DNA from: an uncultured Spirochaetota bacterium
Lineage (GTDB): Bacteria > Spirochaetota > Spirochaetia > SZUA-6 > CAVTHK01
Assembly (NCBI GenBank): GCA_963734495.1
Contig: CAVTHK010000006.1
Coordinates: 32,001 to 96,000 of the forward strand
Direction: 5' to 3'
Length of the DNA: 64,000 nucleotides
Translations under genes and position numbers: made by a program
The notes under the pieces: generated by a model
Told to the model about the DNA's origin: nothing
What the model saw: the letters and a program-made list of their open reading frames with translations, nothing else
The model's database searches: none
Shown here: positions 9,035 through 19,498 of the stretch, one piece after another
Numbering within the stretch: the stretch's first letter is position 1
Layout: every line of letters begins with the position of its first letter

Positions 9035-10044
9035 CTACCGGTACTGGTGCGGCCCGAAATCCGCCTCGTAGAAGGGCGACACGCTGTCTCCGGGAGGCAC
9101 GATCGCGTCGATCTTTGCGAGCTCGTCCCCGCTGAAGCGCACGACGGGCGCGCCCGAGGTTGTCCTCGAGCTGCTCCATGGTCCGCGGGCCGATGATCGG
9201 GCTCGTGACGCCGGGCCTCTGCGCGACCCACGCGAGAGCGAGCTGCGCCATCGTGCAGTCCTTCGATCGGGCCATCGCAGCCAGCGCCTCGACGACGTTC
9301 CAGATCGCGGCGGTCTTGCGCTCGGCCAGGCGCGGGTTGTCCGCGGTGTCGGAGTAGCGGCTCGTCCGGCGGGTTGGGGTTGCTCCGCGTGTACTTGCCC
9401 GTGAGCAGGCCTCCGGCGATCGGGCTCCAGGGGATGACCGCGTACCCGTAGGTGCGCGCCATCGGGATGAGCTCGCGCTCGACGCGGCGGTCGAGGATGT
9501 TGTACGGCGGCTGCTCCGAGACGAAGCGGTTCAGCCCCAGCTCCTTGGCGACCCAGAGCGCCTCGACCGCCTGCCACGCCGCGAACGTGCTGGTGCCGAT
9601 GTAGCGCACCTTGCCGGCGCGCACGAGGTCGTCGAGCGCCCGCAGCGTCTCGTCGATCGGGACGTCGCTCTGCGGCCTGTGGATCTGGTACAGGTCGATG
9701 TAGTCGGTCTGCAGGCGGCGCAGGCTCGCCTCGCACTGCTCGATGATGTGGCGGCGCGTGTTTCCCGATGCGTTCGGGTCCTCGTCGTCCATCTTGCCGT
9801 GGACCTTGGTGGCCAGCACGACCTTGGCGCGCTGCCTGTTGCGCTTGAGCGCCTCGCCGGTGATCTCCTCGCTGCGGCCGCGGCTGTAGACGTTCGCGGT
9901 GTCGAGGAAATTGATCCCCGCGTCGAGCGCGCGGTCGATGATCGCGTACGAGTCCTGCGGCTCCGTCCGCCTGCCGAACATCATGCACCCGAGACAGAGC
10001 TCGCTGACCTTGACGCCGGTGCGTCCCAGAGATCTGTATTCCAT
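9035..10044 (-). CDS. Aldo/keto reductase (two apparent frameshifts near 9360 and 9150)
   Basis: MEYRSLGRTGVKVSELCLG, GINFLDTANVY, SLRRLQTDYIDLYQIH, WSPIAGGLLTGKY; the tail continues as AQLALAWV...PIIGPRTMEQL and ...FYEADFGPHQYR in other frames. Confidence 0.9.
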
Positions 10045-10056
10045 CGGTCTCTCCTC

Positions 10057-10149
10057 TGACGTGGCGTCTTCGCCAGGTCCCAAGCCCCGAGTACTCGAGG
10101 GGCCCGCCGTGGCGTCTGTCGCCAGCGTCCCAAGTCCCTGCGCTCAGGG
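10057..10149 (-). promoter_or_regulatory. Conserved two-hairpin 5'-leader element, copy B (10057-10105) plus degenerate tandem copy B' (10108-10149)
   Basis: GGGCCCC-N10-GGGGCTT-GG-GACCTGGCG-AAGA-CGCCACGTC-AG-AGGAG; upstream CCCTG-AGCG-CAGGGACTT-GG-GACGCTGGCG-ACAGA-CGCCA. Confidence 0.65.
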
Positions 10150-10173
10150 GGGCGTCGTTGCGGGTCCGCTGTG

Positions 10174-10202
10174 AGTATACGAACGCGGCCGAGCCGGGTC
10201 AA
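10174..10202 (-). promoter_or_regulatory. Sigma70-type promoter of the aldo/keto reductase gene
   Basis: TTGACC-N17-TATACT. Confidence 0.7.
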
Positions 10203-10257
10203 AAAAACTGAAGGTCGACGGGCGGCCGGCCGCGCCGCGAGCGGCCGCCGCGCTCCG

Positions 10258-11076
10258 TCAGCGGGAGCGCATGGCCTCCCAGGCGCGGGCCGCGATCAGG
10301 CTGCGGACGCTGATGGCGGCGAACACGACCACTCCGCCGGCGATCGCCCACGGCCCGGGCCGCTCGCCCAGGAACACGAGCACGAGGATCGGGTTGAGCA
10401 CCGGCTCGATCATCAGGATGATCGCCGACTCGACCGCCCTCACGTGCCGGATCGCCCGCGAATAGAGCATGTTGGAGAGGCCGAGCTGCACCGTCCCGAG
10501 AAAGATCAGGGCGCCCCAGCTCGCCGCGTCCGGGGCGCGGCCGACCGCCCAGGGGGCGCAGACGACGGCCGTGATGACGTTCCCGAGGATCAGGGATCCG
10601 ACCGGAGAGCCCGCCTTCTGGTACCGAAGGAGCAGGTGCACCCAGGCGAACGCGACGCCGCTCACGATCGCGAGCACGTTGCCCCACGACCCGGCGATGG
10701 TCAGGCGGTCGAAGAAGAACAGCACGAGGCCGCCGAGCACGACCGCCAGCGAGACCCAGTCGAACCTCGAGATGCGCTCGCCGAGCAGCCAGAAGCTGAA
10801 CAGGGCCACGAAGACCGGAGCGGAGTACTGAAGGAGGATGGCGTTCGCCGCCGTGGTGAGCTTCGTGGCCGCGACGAACGTGATCATCGCGATCGCGTGC
10901 GCCGCGCCGCACAGCAGCTGCGCCGCGCTCCACTGGAAGCGCGGACCCTTCGCGGTGGCAAAGAGGAACACCGCCGCGATCACGCTGCGGATCCCCGCCG
11001 TGGCGAGGGGGCCGAGGTTCACCAGCTTGATGAACAGCCCCCCGGACGCCCACAGCGTCGCCGTCAGCGCTATCAT
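10258..11076 (-). CDS. DMT/EamA family transporter (start may lie slightly upstream)
   Basis: [47 protein letters not shown]; ~10 hydrophobic segments. Confidence 0.88.
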   Translation of the reverse strand: MIALTATLWASGGLFIKLVNLGPLATAGIRSVIAAVFLFATAKGPRFQWSAAQLLCGAAHAIAMITFVAATKLTTAANAILLQYSAPVFVALFSFWLLGERISRFDWVSLAVVLGGLVLFFFDRLTIAGSWGNVLAIVSGVAFAWVHLLLRYQKAGSPVGSLILGNVITAVVCAPWAVGRAPDAASWGALIFLGTVQLGLSNMLYSRAIRHVRAVESAIILMIEPVLNPILVLVFLGERPGPWAIAGGVVVFAAISVRSLIAARAWEAMRSR

Positions 11077-11185
11077 GAGGTCCGCGGCAGCGGGCTTTGT
11101 CGCAGTCGGTGTCAGAGGGTTCAGCGGCGGCTCCAGGTGCGCCGCAGTGTAGCCGGAGCGCGCCCGCGCTGTCGAGGGCCGCGCA

Positions 11186-11219
11186 GCTCCCCTGCGCTCC
11201 CCTGCGCTCCCCTGCGCTC
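11186..11219. repeat. Short tandem repeat (GCTCCCCTGC) x3.4, intergenic
   Basis: gctcccctgc gctcccctgc gctcccctgc gctc. Confidence 0.9.
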
Positions 11220-11231
11220 GCGCCTGCCGGC

Positions 11232-12612
11232 TCAGCCCTGGCCCGCACTGCCCGCCGGGCTGGACAGCGCGTAGCGCGCGGCCTCGCCCATGAGGCGCAG
11301 CGCCTCCGCGATGCGCTCGCTCTCCTCGAAGCCGTAGGAGATGCGCAGCTGGCGGCGGCCCGCCTCGACGAGCGAGCCCTTCCGGTGGACGCAGATCTCG
11401 CCGGGGATGTAGATCACGCGCGGCAGCGGCGCGCCCGGAGGGCCGTCGACCGCGGAGTCGCCCGTGCGCCGGGTGAGGAAACGGAAGAAGGGGCTGCGCT
11501 CGTGCGTCTCGACTCCGGCGAGAGTCAGGTAGAAGTAGAAGCCCGCGCGCCCCCCGCGGCACTCCTCGACCAGGCCGCCCAGGTGCCGCCTGATGTCCGC
11601 GGAGGCCGCCAGCGCCTTCTCGCGGTAGCCGGCGCGCACTCTCGCGATCTGAGCGTCGATGGCGTTGTCCAGCAGCCAGCTCGCGATCTCCTGGTTGACC
11701 AGCGGCGCGCTGAAGCCGAGGTCGCTCGTGCTCTGAACCACGGCGTCGAGCAGGGGCCCGTCGCGGCCCACGAGGTAGCCGATGCGCAGACCGGGGGCGA
11801 GGATCTTCGACAGCGTGCCGAGCTCGTACACCAGCCCCGCCTCGTCCCACGCGAAGCCCGACGCGGGCGCCGCGACGGCCGGATCGTGCACCAGGTCCTC
11901 GTACGCGCGGTCGAAGACCACCGGCACGCGGCGGCCCAGCGCGCGCGAGAGGCGCGTGGCGAGGCGCACAATGCCTTCGCGCTCCCGGTCGGCGAGGATC
12001 GTGGAAGTCGGGTTGCTCACGGTCACGAAATAGAAGAAGGACACCTCGGACTGCACCGGCCCGAGCGCGGCCACCGCGGCTTCGACGTCCGCGGCGTGAA
12101 CGCCGTCTGCGGCTTTCGGGCACGGCGAGGACGCGGAAGCCCTTGCGCTCCAGGGTGTTGCAGTAGATGTAGTACATCGGGTCGGTGGTCACGACGATGC
12201 CCGGCGGCAGGGAGTCCGCGAGCGAGGCGAGGAGGCTGGTGACCCCATTGGCGCCGACGACGATGCGCCGGTCTGCGAGCAGCCGCTCGTCGAGGCCGCC
12301 GGCCTGGTGGCGGAGAAGGTAGCTTCGGATGGAGGCGATCAGGTTGGGCGAGCCGGCGGGGCCGCCGTAGTTGAGCGCGTTCCTGTACCGGACCGGGTCT
12401 GCCAGCACCTGCTCGAGCGCCTCGAGCACCAGGCCGCGCGGGATGGTGTGCTCGTTCACGTAGCCGACGCCGAGGTTGATGTCGACGTCCTCGCGGAAGT
12501 CGGCGGCGAACTCCGCCATCATGCGAGCTACGGGCGCGGGGGCCCGCGACGCCCACCCGTAGGCCGAAAGCGATTCCCCGAGCTGCAGAGTGCCGCTCCC
12601 TGTCAACGCCAT
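11232..12612 (-). CDS. PLP-dependent aminotransferase class I/II (2-aminoadipate transaminase-like); apparent frameshift(s) near 12070-12120
   Basis: [44 protein letters not shown] (PLP lysine), LRISYG. Confidence 0.85.
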
Positions 12613-12683
12613 GCGGCGATCCTACCACGCAGCCGGCGGGCGGGCCAACGGCCCGGATCCCGCGCGCGGACGCATCCGCGGAG

Positions 12684-14341
12684 CTACAACAGACTCTCGC
12701 GCCCGAGCCCGAAGAAGCGGTTGACGAAGAACAGGCTCAGTCCCGTGACCGCGAGAAGGATCGTCGACATCGCGGAAGCGGGCCCGAAGTAGCCGTCGAG
12801 CACCGAGAGGTAGATGCGGATGGGCATCGTCATCGTGTGCCCCACGTAGAGAAGGATCGAGGCCGAGATCTCGTTGATGGCCGTGACCCAGCTCAGGATC
12901 GCGCCCGAGATGACCCCCGGAAGCATGAGAGGCAGCGTCACCTTGCGGAACGTGCGCGCGGGCGGCGCTCCGAGGTTGATGCCGGCCTCCTCGAGCGCCG
13001 GGTCGATCTGCTTGAGAATCGAGGCGCCCGAGCGCACCGCGTACGGAAGGCGCCTGATGAAGTACGCGAGGATCACGATCGTCGCTGTGCCCAGCAGGAA
13101 CAGCGGCTTGCGGTTGAACGCGATGATGAACCCGATGCCGATCACTGTTCCGGGCACGATGTACGGAATCATGAGCAGGGGATCCAGAACCTGGGCCGGG
13201 GCGGTCTTGCGGCGGCTGATGACAAAACCGAGCAGGGTGCCGATGACGACGATGAGCGACCACGGATGCGGTCGAGAAGAGAAGGCTGTTCGTGATGGTC
13301 TTGGGGACCTCGTGGAAGACCCTCGCGTAGCTCTCCGAGACTGAGCCCCGGCTGGAAAACCGGCCCCCTGGTTCTGCGGAACGAGAAGTACACGACGATC
13401 GCGAGGGGGATCGCGCTCAGGCCCACGATCAGGTAGCTCACAAAGTGCGCCCAGAAAGCCGGGAGGCCGTGAAGACGCTTGACGACCGGGCGATTGATCA
13501 GCGTGCTGGAGTACTTGCGCCGTCCCGCGGCGTACCGCTGCAGGAAGATCACGGCGGAGGCGCACAGGATGAGGAAGATGCTGACGGTCGAGGCGAGGCC
13601 CGGGCGCTCTCCGACCTCGCTGGTGAACAGGTTGTAGGCAAGCGTCGGCAGGACCCGGTAGTTCGCCGCCGATGATCATCGGCGTGTCGAAGTTGGACAG
13701 ACACATCATGAAGACGAGCAGCGCGCCCGCGGTGACGGACGGGAGGACCAGGGGCAGGGTGACGCGGAAGAACTTGCGGAGCCCCCTGGCCCCCAGGTTC
13801 TCCGCCGCCTCCTCGAGCGAGCGGTCGACCGTGGACAGCGCCCGACGACGCGAGGAGGAACACGTACGGGTAGTGATGCAGCGCGTAGACCAGGATGATC
13901 CCGACCGGACCGTAGATCGGCGGGAGCTGCAGCCCGATGTCGAGGAGCGCCGTGCGAAGAACCCCCGAGCGGCCCAGGAGGATGATCCAGGAGTAGGCGC
14001 CGATGAACGGCGGCGACAGCAGCGCGAGAACGGCAAACGTCGCGAGGATCGAGCGGCCGGCGATGCGGAAGCGCGTCGTCAGGAACGCGAGCGGCACGCC
14101 GAGGAGAGTGGCGCCGATCGTGCCGCCCACGGCGACCACGATCGTGTTGAGAAACGCGACCCGGTAGTAGCTCTTCCCGAAGAACTCGCGCGTAGTTGGC
14201 GAGGGAGAGCGCGCCGGTCTCCTTGTCCAGGAAGCTGAACTTGAAGATGTTGACGAGCGGGTAGACCAGGAAGAAGGCGACAATCGCGTAGCCGAGGACC
14301 GTGACAAACGTCCAGAAGCCCGGCCGTTCCCCGCGTCTCAC
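12684..14341 (-). CDS. Iron(III)/thiamine-type ABC transporter permease with duplicated domains (several apparent frameshifts)
   Basis: Two EAA loops (LEEAAENLGA, LEEAGINLGA), SPPFIGAYSWI, PYIVPGTVIGIG spread over different frames. Confidence 0.85.
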
Positions 14342-15414
14342 AGGCGCATCCCCGTCGGGGCGTCAAAGGCGTAGACCACGGCCTCGGGGACCTCGACCCG
14401 CACGGACGCCCCGGCCGCGATGATGTCGCTCGAGACCGGACGGTGGCGCTCGACGGTGAGCGTGAGCCCTTCTCCGCAGTCGACCACATAGCTGACCAGC
14501 GAGCCCGTAAAAGTGCTCGACCGCAGAACTCCCGGTATGGTGGAGACGCCGGCCCCCTCGGGGGCTCCTCCCGCCGTGATCGAGAGATCTTCGGGCCGGA
14601 AAGCGATCCGGACCCTGCCGGCTCCGGTCCGCAGGCCCCGGCAGCGGATCACGTGCGAGCCTGCCCGCACTCCGCCGTCCGCAGGCTCGCCGTCGACGAA
14701 GTTCATGCTCCCGACAAAGGAGGCCACAAAGGTGTTCCTCGGGTTCTTGTAGATCTCCCAGGGCGGCCCCACCTGCTGCACCACCCCGCCCTTCATCACG
14801 GCGATCCGGTCGGAGATGACGAGCGCCTCCTCCTGGTCGTGAGTGACATAGACGGTGGTGATCCCGAGCGCGCGCTGGATGTCGCGTATCTCGGTGCGCA
14901 TCTCGATCCGGAGCTTGGCGTCCAGGTTCGACAGCGGCTCGTCCATGAGCAGCACGCGCGGCTCGATCACCATGGCCCGCGCGAGCCCGACCCTCTGCTG
15001 CTGACCGCCCGAGAGCTGATCCGGCGTGCGGCGCTCGTAGCCCGCGAGGCGCGCCATGGACAGGGCGCGTTCGACTCTCCCGGCGAGCTCGCTGCCGGAG
15101 ACCTTGCGGTTGCGCAGCCCGAAGGCCACGTTCTCGAACACGGTCATGTGAGGAAAGACGGCGTAGTTCTGGAAGACCATGCCCGTGTCCCGCCGATAGG
15201 GCGGCACGGAGTCGATGCACTCCTCGCCGACGTACACGTGGCCCGCATCCTGCACGTAGAAGCCGGCGATCGTGCGCAGCAGCGTCGTCTTCCCGCAGCC
15301 GCTCGGCCCGAGGAGCGTGAAGAGCTCGCCGCTTTCGATGGCGAGCGATACTTCCTGCAGCGCCTTGACCCCCGGAAAGGTCTTCGAAATCCCTTCAAGC
15401 CTGATCGACGCCAT
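14338..15414 (-). CDS. ABC transporter ATP-binding protein (FbpC/PotA type with TOBE domain)
   Basis: GPSGCGKTT, LSGGQQQRV, LLMDEPLSNLD, VTHDQEEA. Confidence 0.94.
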   Translation of the reverse strand: MASIRLEGISKTFPGVKALQEVSLAIESGELFTLLGPSGCGKTTLLRTIAGFYVQDAGHVYVGEECIDSVPPYRRDTGMVFQNYAVFPHMTVFENVAFGLRNRKVSGSELAGRVERALSMARLAGYERRTPDQLSGGQQQRVGLARAMVIEPRVLLMDEPLSNLDAKLRIEMRTEIRDIQRALGITTVYVTHDQEEALVISDRIAVMKGGVVQQVGPPWEIYKNPRNTFVASFVGSMNFVDGEPADGGVRAGSHVIRCRGLRTGAGRVRIAFRPEDLSITAGGAPEGAGVSTIPGVLRSSTFTGSLVSYVVDCGEGLTLTVERHRPVSSDIIAAGASVRVEVPEAVVYAFDAPTGMRL

Positions 15415-15640
15415 CTCCCCGCCCCAACGAGTGCCATTGAGCTGAAATGAGCGCGTGCCGCCGCCGGGGCCCCGCGGAGACCCTCCGCGGGGCGGACCCG
15501 GGGCAGGCGGCACCGAGCCTGTCGGACTTACGGCAGGCGGTCGCTCGCGCCCCTGCCGGTTGTCCCGGCGCCCGGCGAGTACGCCGGGTCAAAGCCTGGC
15601 GGGTACGCCAGGTCAGGGCACACGGCGGACCGCGGCCGGG

Positions 15641-16623
15641 CTAGAACCCGAGCTCCATCTTCAGATCGTTGAACCTTTTCAGGTACACGTCTTTGTTCCG
15701 GGCGGCCGCGCCAAAGTCATACGGAAGGGTCTTGACCTGGCTGAGCGCGGGAAGCCCCGGAGGGCTCTTGCCGTCGATGCGCACGGGCCGGCGCAGCATC
15801 TTGTCCACGAGAAAGTCCTGCGTGCGCCTTCGACAGGCACCAGTCGATAAAGATCTTTGCGGCGTCCGGGTGCGGAGCGCCCTTGACGAGCGCGATCCCG
15901 TCGGGCGCCGCGATCACGCCCTCCTCGGGGTAGACGATCTTGACCGGGCCGCCGCCCTGCACAAAGCGGAACGCGTTGTCCTCGAGGGTGATGCCGATGG
16001 CCGCCTCGCCGTCGTTCACGTACCTCGGCACCGCGCCGGAGCTCGACGGAAATGAAGAAGTTGGCCGCGATCCCCCTGTAGGTGTCCCATCCCCTGTCCT
16101 TGAACGCGAGGAGGACGTTGTTGAGCTGCATGTACGAAGAGCCGGACTTGTCGGGCGTCGCCGAGCTGATCTTGCCCTTCCACTTCTTGTCGAGCAGGTC
16201 CGCCCACTTCTTCGGCATCTGGCTCTCCGGGACGAGCTTTGTGTTGACGATCAGCACGTTCATGATGCCGGTGTAGGGCAGCCAGTTCGTCCCGACCTTG
16301 AACACGGGGTCGATCTTGTCCCAGTCCTTGGGCACGTAGCCCTCGAGCACGTTGTTGCTCGCCTCGAGCTGCTCCCCGCCGATGCTCCAGATCACGTCGC
16401 ACTGCGGGTTGTTCGCCTCGGCGACGACCCGCTTGATGACGTCGCCCGAAGCGAGCTTGACGAACTCCAGCGTGATGCCCGTGTCGGCCTTGAACCGCGG
16501 CACCATGCCGGCGATGATGTCGTCCTCGTGCGCCGTGTAGGCCACGACCTTCCTCGCCTGCGCGCCCAGCCCGACCAGCGACACGACGAGCAGAACCCCC
16601 AGAACCCACGCACGCTTTCTCAT
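15641..16623 (-). CDS. Fe3+-type ABC transporter substrate-binding protein (apparent frameshifts near 16050 and 15830)
   Basis: Signal peptide MRKRAWVLGVLLVVSLVGLGAQA; EANNPQCDVIW, PKKWADLL, PDKSGSSY, YPEEG..APDGIALVKGA; tail ends ...KMELGF*. Confidence 0.85.
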
Positions 16624-16657
16624 CAAGGACTCCTTTCCCACGTTGTGAGCTTCCCCA

Positions 16658-17269
16658 TTATAAGGCGCGCCGGAGCTCCTGTAAAAGGCCCGTGCGGCCT
16701 TTCACGTAGTTGATCGTCGCGAATCCGAGCCGCCCGGCGGCCGAGCAGAACTCCGGCACGTCGTCGACGTACAGGCAGCTTGCGGCGGCGAGGCCGGTGT
16801 TGGCGAGCAGGTGCCGCCAGATCGCCGCGTCGGGCTTCATTGCGCCGACCTTGAAGGAGAAGACGAAGGCCTCGACGAGACTGACGATGTCCTCGCGCCC
16901 GAGCAGCCAGCGGGCGTGCGCGTAGGAAGTGTTGGAGAGAACGAAGATTCTCTTGCCGCGGCCCCGGGCCAGGCGCATCGCCTCGATCCCTTCGGCGTTC
17001 GCCTCGATCCCTTCGAGGAACTCGGCCAGAAACTCCTCGTAGGTCCAGGATCTCTCGCCTTCGATCCGCGCACGAATCCTCTGGAACTGCTCGCGCGAGT
17101 CCCAGACGCCGGTCTCGGCGCTCCGCTCGATCTCCGTTCCCCAGATGCCCCCGAGGATCTCCGCCGCGGAGAGCGGGGAGTGGCGAGCGAGGGCGGCGCA
17201 CATCGCCTGGCGGTCGATGGTCGCGAGGACGTTGCCGAAATCGAAGACGACGGCCTCAAGAGACGCCAT
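16658..17269 (-). CDS. HAD-superfamily phosphatase (YihX-like)
   Basis: VVFDFGNVL, LSNTS, MKPD, YVDD motifs I-IV. Confidence 0.9.
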   Translation of the reverse strand: MASLEAVVFDFGNVLATIDRQAMCAALARHSPLSAAEILGGIWGTEIERSAETGVWDSREQFQRIRARIEGERSWTYEEFLAEFLEGIEANAEGIEAMRLARGRGKRIFVLSNTSYAHARWLLGREDIVSLVEAFVFSFKVGAMKPDAAIWRHLLANTGLAAASCLYVDDVPEFCSAAGRLGFATINYVKGRTGLLQELRRAL

Positions 17270-17323
17270 GAGCGGCATCTTGTCCGGGGATGGAGACCCG
17301 GTCAAGCCGAGCCGGACGCGGCG

Positions 17324-18253
17324 CTACTTGAGCGCTTCGCCCGCGTCGAAGACCAGCGACCAGGCGGTGCGGCCCTCGAACTCCTGTTTTGTCCGGAAGA
17401 CCTTCTTGAGCCGCGGGGTGAGGCCCGCGTACACCGTGTCGGAGATCGACATCCCGCACGGCGTGGTTCCCTTCTTCTCGAGGTGGGCCGCGTAGTTGAC
17501 CACGTCGGAGACGATCCGCCCGGTGTCGCATGCGAACTTGACGTCACCCGCGTCCATCCCGATCCGCAGCGCGATGTCCTCCTTGATCGGTTTCTCGCGC
17601 AGGTTGAACGCGTACAGCGAGACAAGGATGTCGAGGCAGCACAGGACCGCGGTCGACGTGTCCTTGCGGTAGCGGAAGGCGGCGAGGCCGCCGTCCCCCG
17701 CCCACGACCAGATGCGGCCGTCGCACTCAGCCAGCTTCTGCCGCAGGTAGTCCCACAGCTCGTAGTAGACCTTCTCCATGACGCCGGGCGAATACTTCTT
17801 GACCAGGAGCGAGTTGCCGCAGATGTCGACAGAGACCGCGACGATCGGGTATTCCTTGCCGTCGCGCAGCGCGCCCCAGTTGGGCAGCAGGCTCTTGTCG
17901 GCCGACACCTTGACGAGCTTGCGCTTGCCGAAATCGAAGTACACGCCGGTCTGGGAGAGCTTGTAGAGAAAGCTCTCCAGGTTCGCGACCTCGACGATCC
18001 GGCCGTTCAGCAGGTTCCCGTCGAGCTGCGCCACGAGCGAGACGAGCTCGGTGACCTTGTTGTGCGCCTCGCACTCCGAGAGCAGCCTGCGCGCGGCGTT
18101 CAGCGGCGACACGGACATGCTGGCTGCCACGTTCTCCAGCCGGTGCGTGTCGTAGTCCGGGAACAGGCGGCGGCCGATGGCTTCGATGTCGTTGAATGTG
18201 AGGCTCTTACCCAGGATTTCGGCGAGGTCCGTGACGAGAGCACTATCTATCAT
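17324..18253 (-). CDS. Class III adenylate/guanylate cyclase-domain protein with an uncharacterised N-terminal helical domain
   Basis: VSVDICGNS and WAGDG metal-binding aspartates, LRIGMDAG, SDVVNYAAHLEK, ISDTVY. Confidence 0.82.
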   Translation of the reverse strand: MIDSALVTDLAEILGKSLTFNDIEAIGRRLFPDYDTHRLENVAASMSVSPLNAARRLLSECEAHNKVTELVSLVAQLDGNLLNGRIVEVANLESFLYKLSQTGVYFDFGKRKLVKVSADKSLLPNWGALRDGKEYPIVAVSVDICGNSLLVKKYSPGVMEKVYYELWDYLRQKLAECDGRIWSWAGDGGLAAFRYRKDTSTAVLCCLDILVSLYAFNLREKPIKEDIALRIGMDAGDVKFACDTGRIVSDVVNYAAHLEKKGTTPCGMSISDTVYAGLTPRLKKVFRTKQEFEGRTAWSLVFDAGEALK

Positions 18254-18326
18254 AGCGCGACTATAGCACTCGAGGGCTTGCCGCGCGAGAGAGACGCCGC
18301 GAAATTGTTCCGGCGGGGCGCCCGGC

Positions 18327-19331
18327 CTAGGCCTCCTTGGCGCCGCGCGCGAGCCGGCGCTGGGCTGACGCGTGCGCGGAGCGCCGGTTGCCCGCCTGCG
18401 ACAGGCGCTCGAGCTGCGCCTCGGAGAGCTCGACGTCGAGGCTCGCCAGGTTCTCGGTCATCTGCTCGGGCCGGCTCGCGGTCATCAGGGGGATCACCGG
18501 CGGCGGGCTCTGCACCATCCACGCATAGACGACCTGGTTCGGCGTCGCTCCCGCTTCGGAGGCGACCTCGCGCAGCACCTTGATCCTCAGGTCGGAGTCG
18601 GGCCCCTGGTACTGCTCGGGAAGCGCCTTGTCGCTCCTGGTGTAGGCGCCGCCGAGCAGCGGCGAGTAAGCCAGGATCGTGAGGCCGCGCGTGCGGCAGT
18701 AGTCGAGGAACTCGTCGTTGACGGCGGCGTGGGGGTCGTAGATGGCGCCCGCCTGCGGCCGCACGTAGGAGTAGCGCTGCTGGACGCAGCAGTACTGCGC
18801 CCACCCGCGCGAAGCGGCGAGCCAGCGCGCCTCCTCGAGGCGCCAGTCCGCCATGTTGCTGGCGCCCGCGTAGCGCACCTTGCCCGCCCGGATCAGCCTG
18901 TCGAACGCCTCCAGGCGCTCCTCGAGCGGGGCGACGCGGTCGTCCGCGTGCGTGTAGTAGAGGTCGATGACGTCGGTGCCGAGACGCTTGAGGCTCGCGT
19001 CGCACGCCCTCGCGATGTCGGCGCCGCGGAGGCCGAACTCGAGCCCGTCGACCGGGGTCGGAAACCCGACCTTGGAGGCGAGGAACAGGCTCCTGCGGTT
19101 GCGGCGATCCTTGATCCAGCGCCCGAGGACCGCCTCGCTCTCTCCGCCGCGAAACCCGGGCACCCAGCGGGCGTAGGCGTTGGCGGTGTCGAGAAACGTC
19201 CCGCCCGCCTCCACGTACATGTCGAGCAGCCTGTCGCTCATCTCCTCGCTCACGCTGCTTCCGAAGTACATGGTACCGAAGCACAGGGCGCTGACCTCTA
19301 CACCCGTGGCCCCCAGGGCAAGCTTCTTCAT
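18327..19331 (-). CDS. Aldo/keto reductase
   Basis: LCFGTMYFG, FLDTANAY, SLKRLGTDVIDLYYTH, AYSPLLGG. Confidence 0.92.
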   Translation of the reverse strand: MKKLALGATGVEVSALCFGTMYFGSSVSEEMSDRLLDMYVEAGGTFLDTANAYARWVPGFRGGESEAVLGRWIKDRRNRRSLFLASKVGFPTPVDGLEFGLRGADIARACDASLKRLGTDVIDLYYTHADDRVAPLEERLEAFDRLIRAGKVRYAGASNMADWRLEEARWLAASRGWAQYCCVQQRYSYVRPQAGAIYDPHAAVNDEFLDYCRTRGLTILAYSPLLGGAYTRSDKALPEQYQGPDSDLRIKVLREVASEAGATPNQVVYAWMVQSPPPVIPLMTASRPEQMTENLASLDVELSEAQLERLSQAGNRRSAHASAQRRLARGAKEA

Positions 19332-19498
19332 CTGCCGCTCCTTCCGCCCCGGACCCTCGTCCCGGCGCAAGGCAACTCATACCACTTCGAGGCAGGTCGA
19401 CTCAACTCGCCCATGGCGCCGACGCGGCCGCCGTGGTCCGGCATCTGTTCCCGGCGGGTCGGGCATGCTATCCTCGACCCGACGCCGCCCGGGAGGAA

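Noticed and set aside
8035-12612. Apparent fusion proteins in the ORF track (AKR + hydroxyacid dehydrogenase; aminotransferase + EamA)
   Set aside because: They are created by frameshifts and read-through of GC-rich DNA; each partner has its own start and stop in another frame.
17324-18253. Complete Pycsar defence system
   Set aside because: No adjacent cyclic-nucleotide-binding TM or TIR effector gene.
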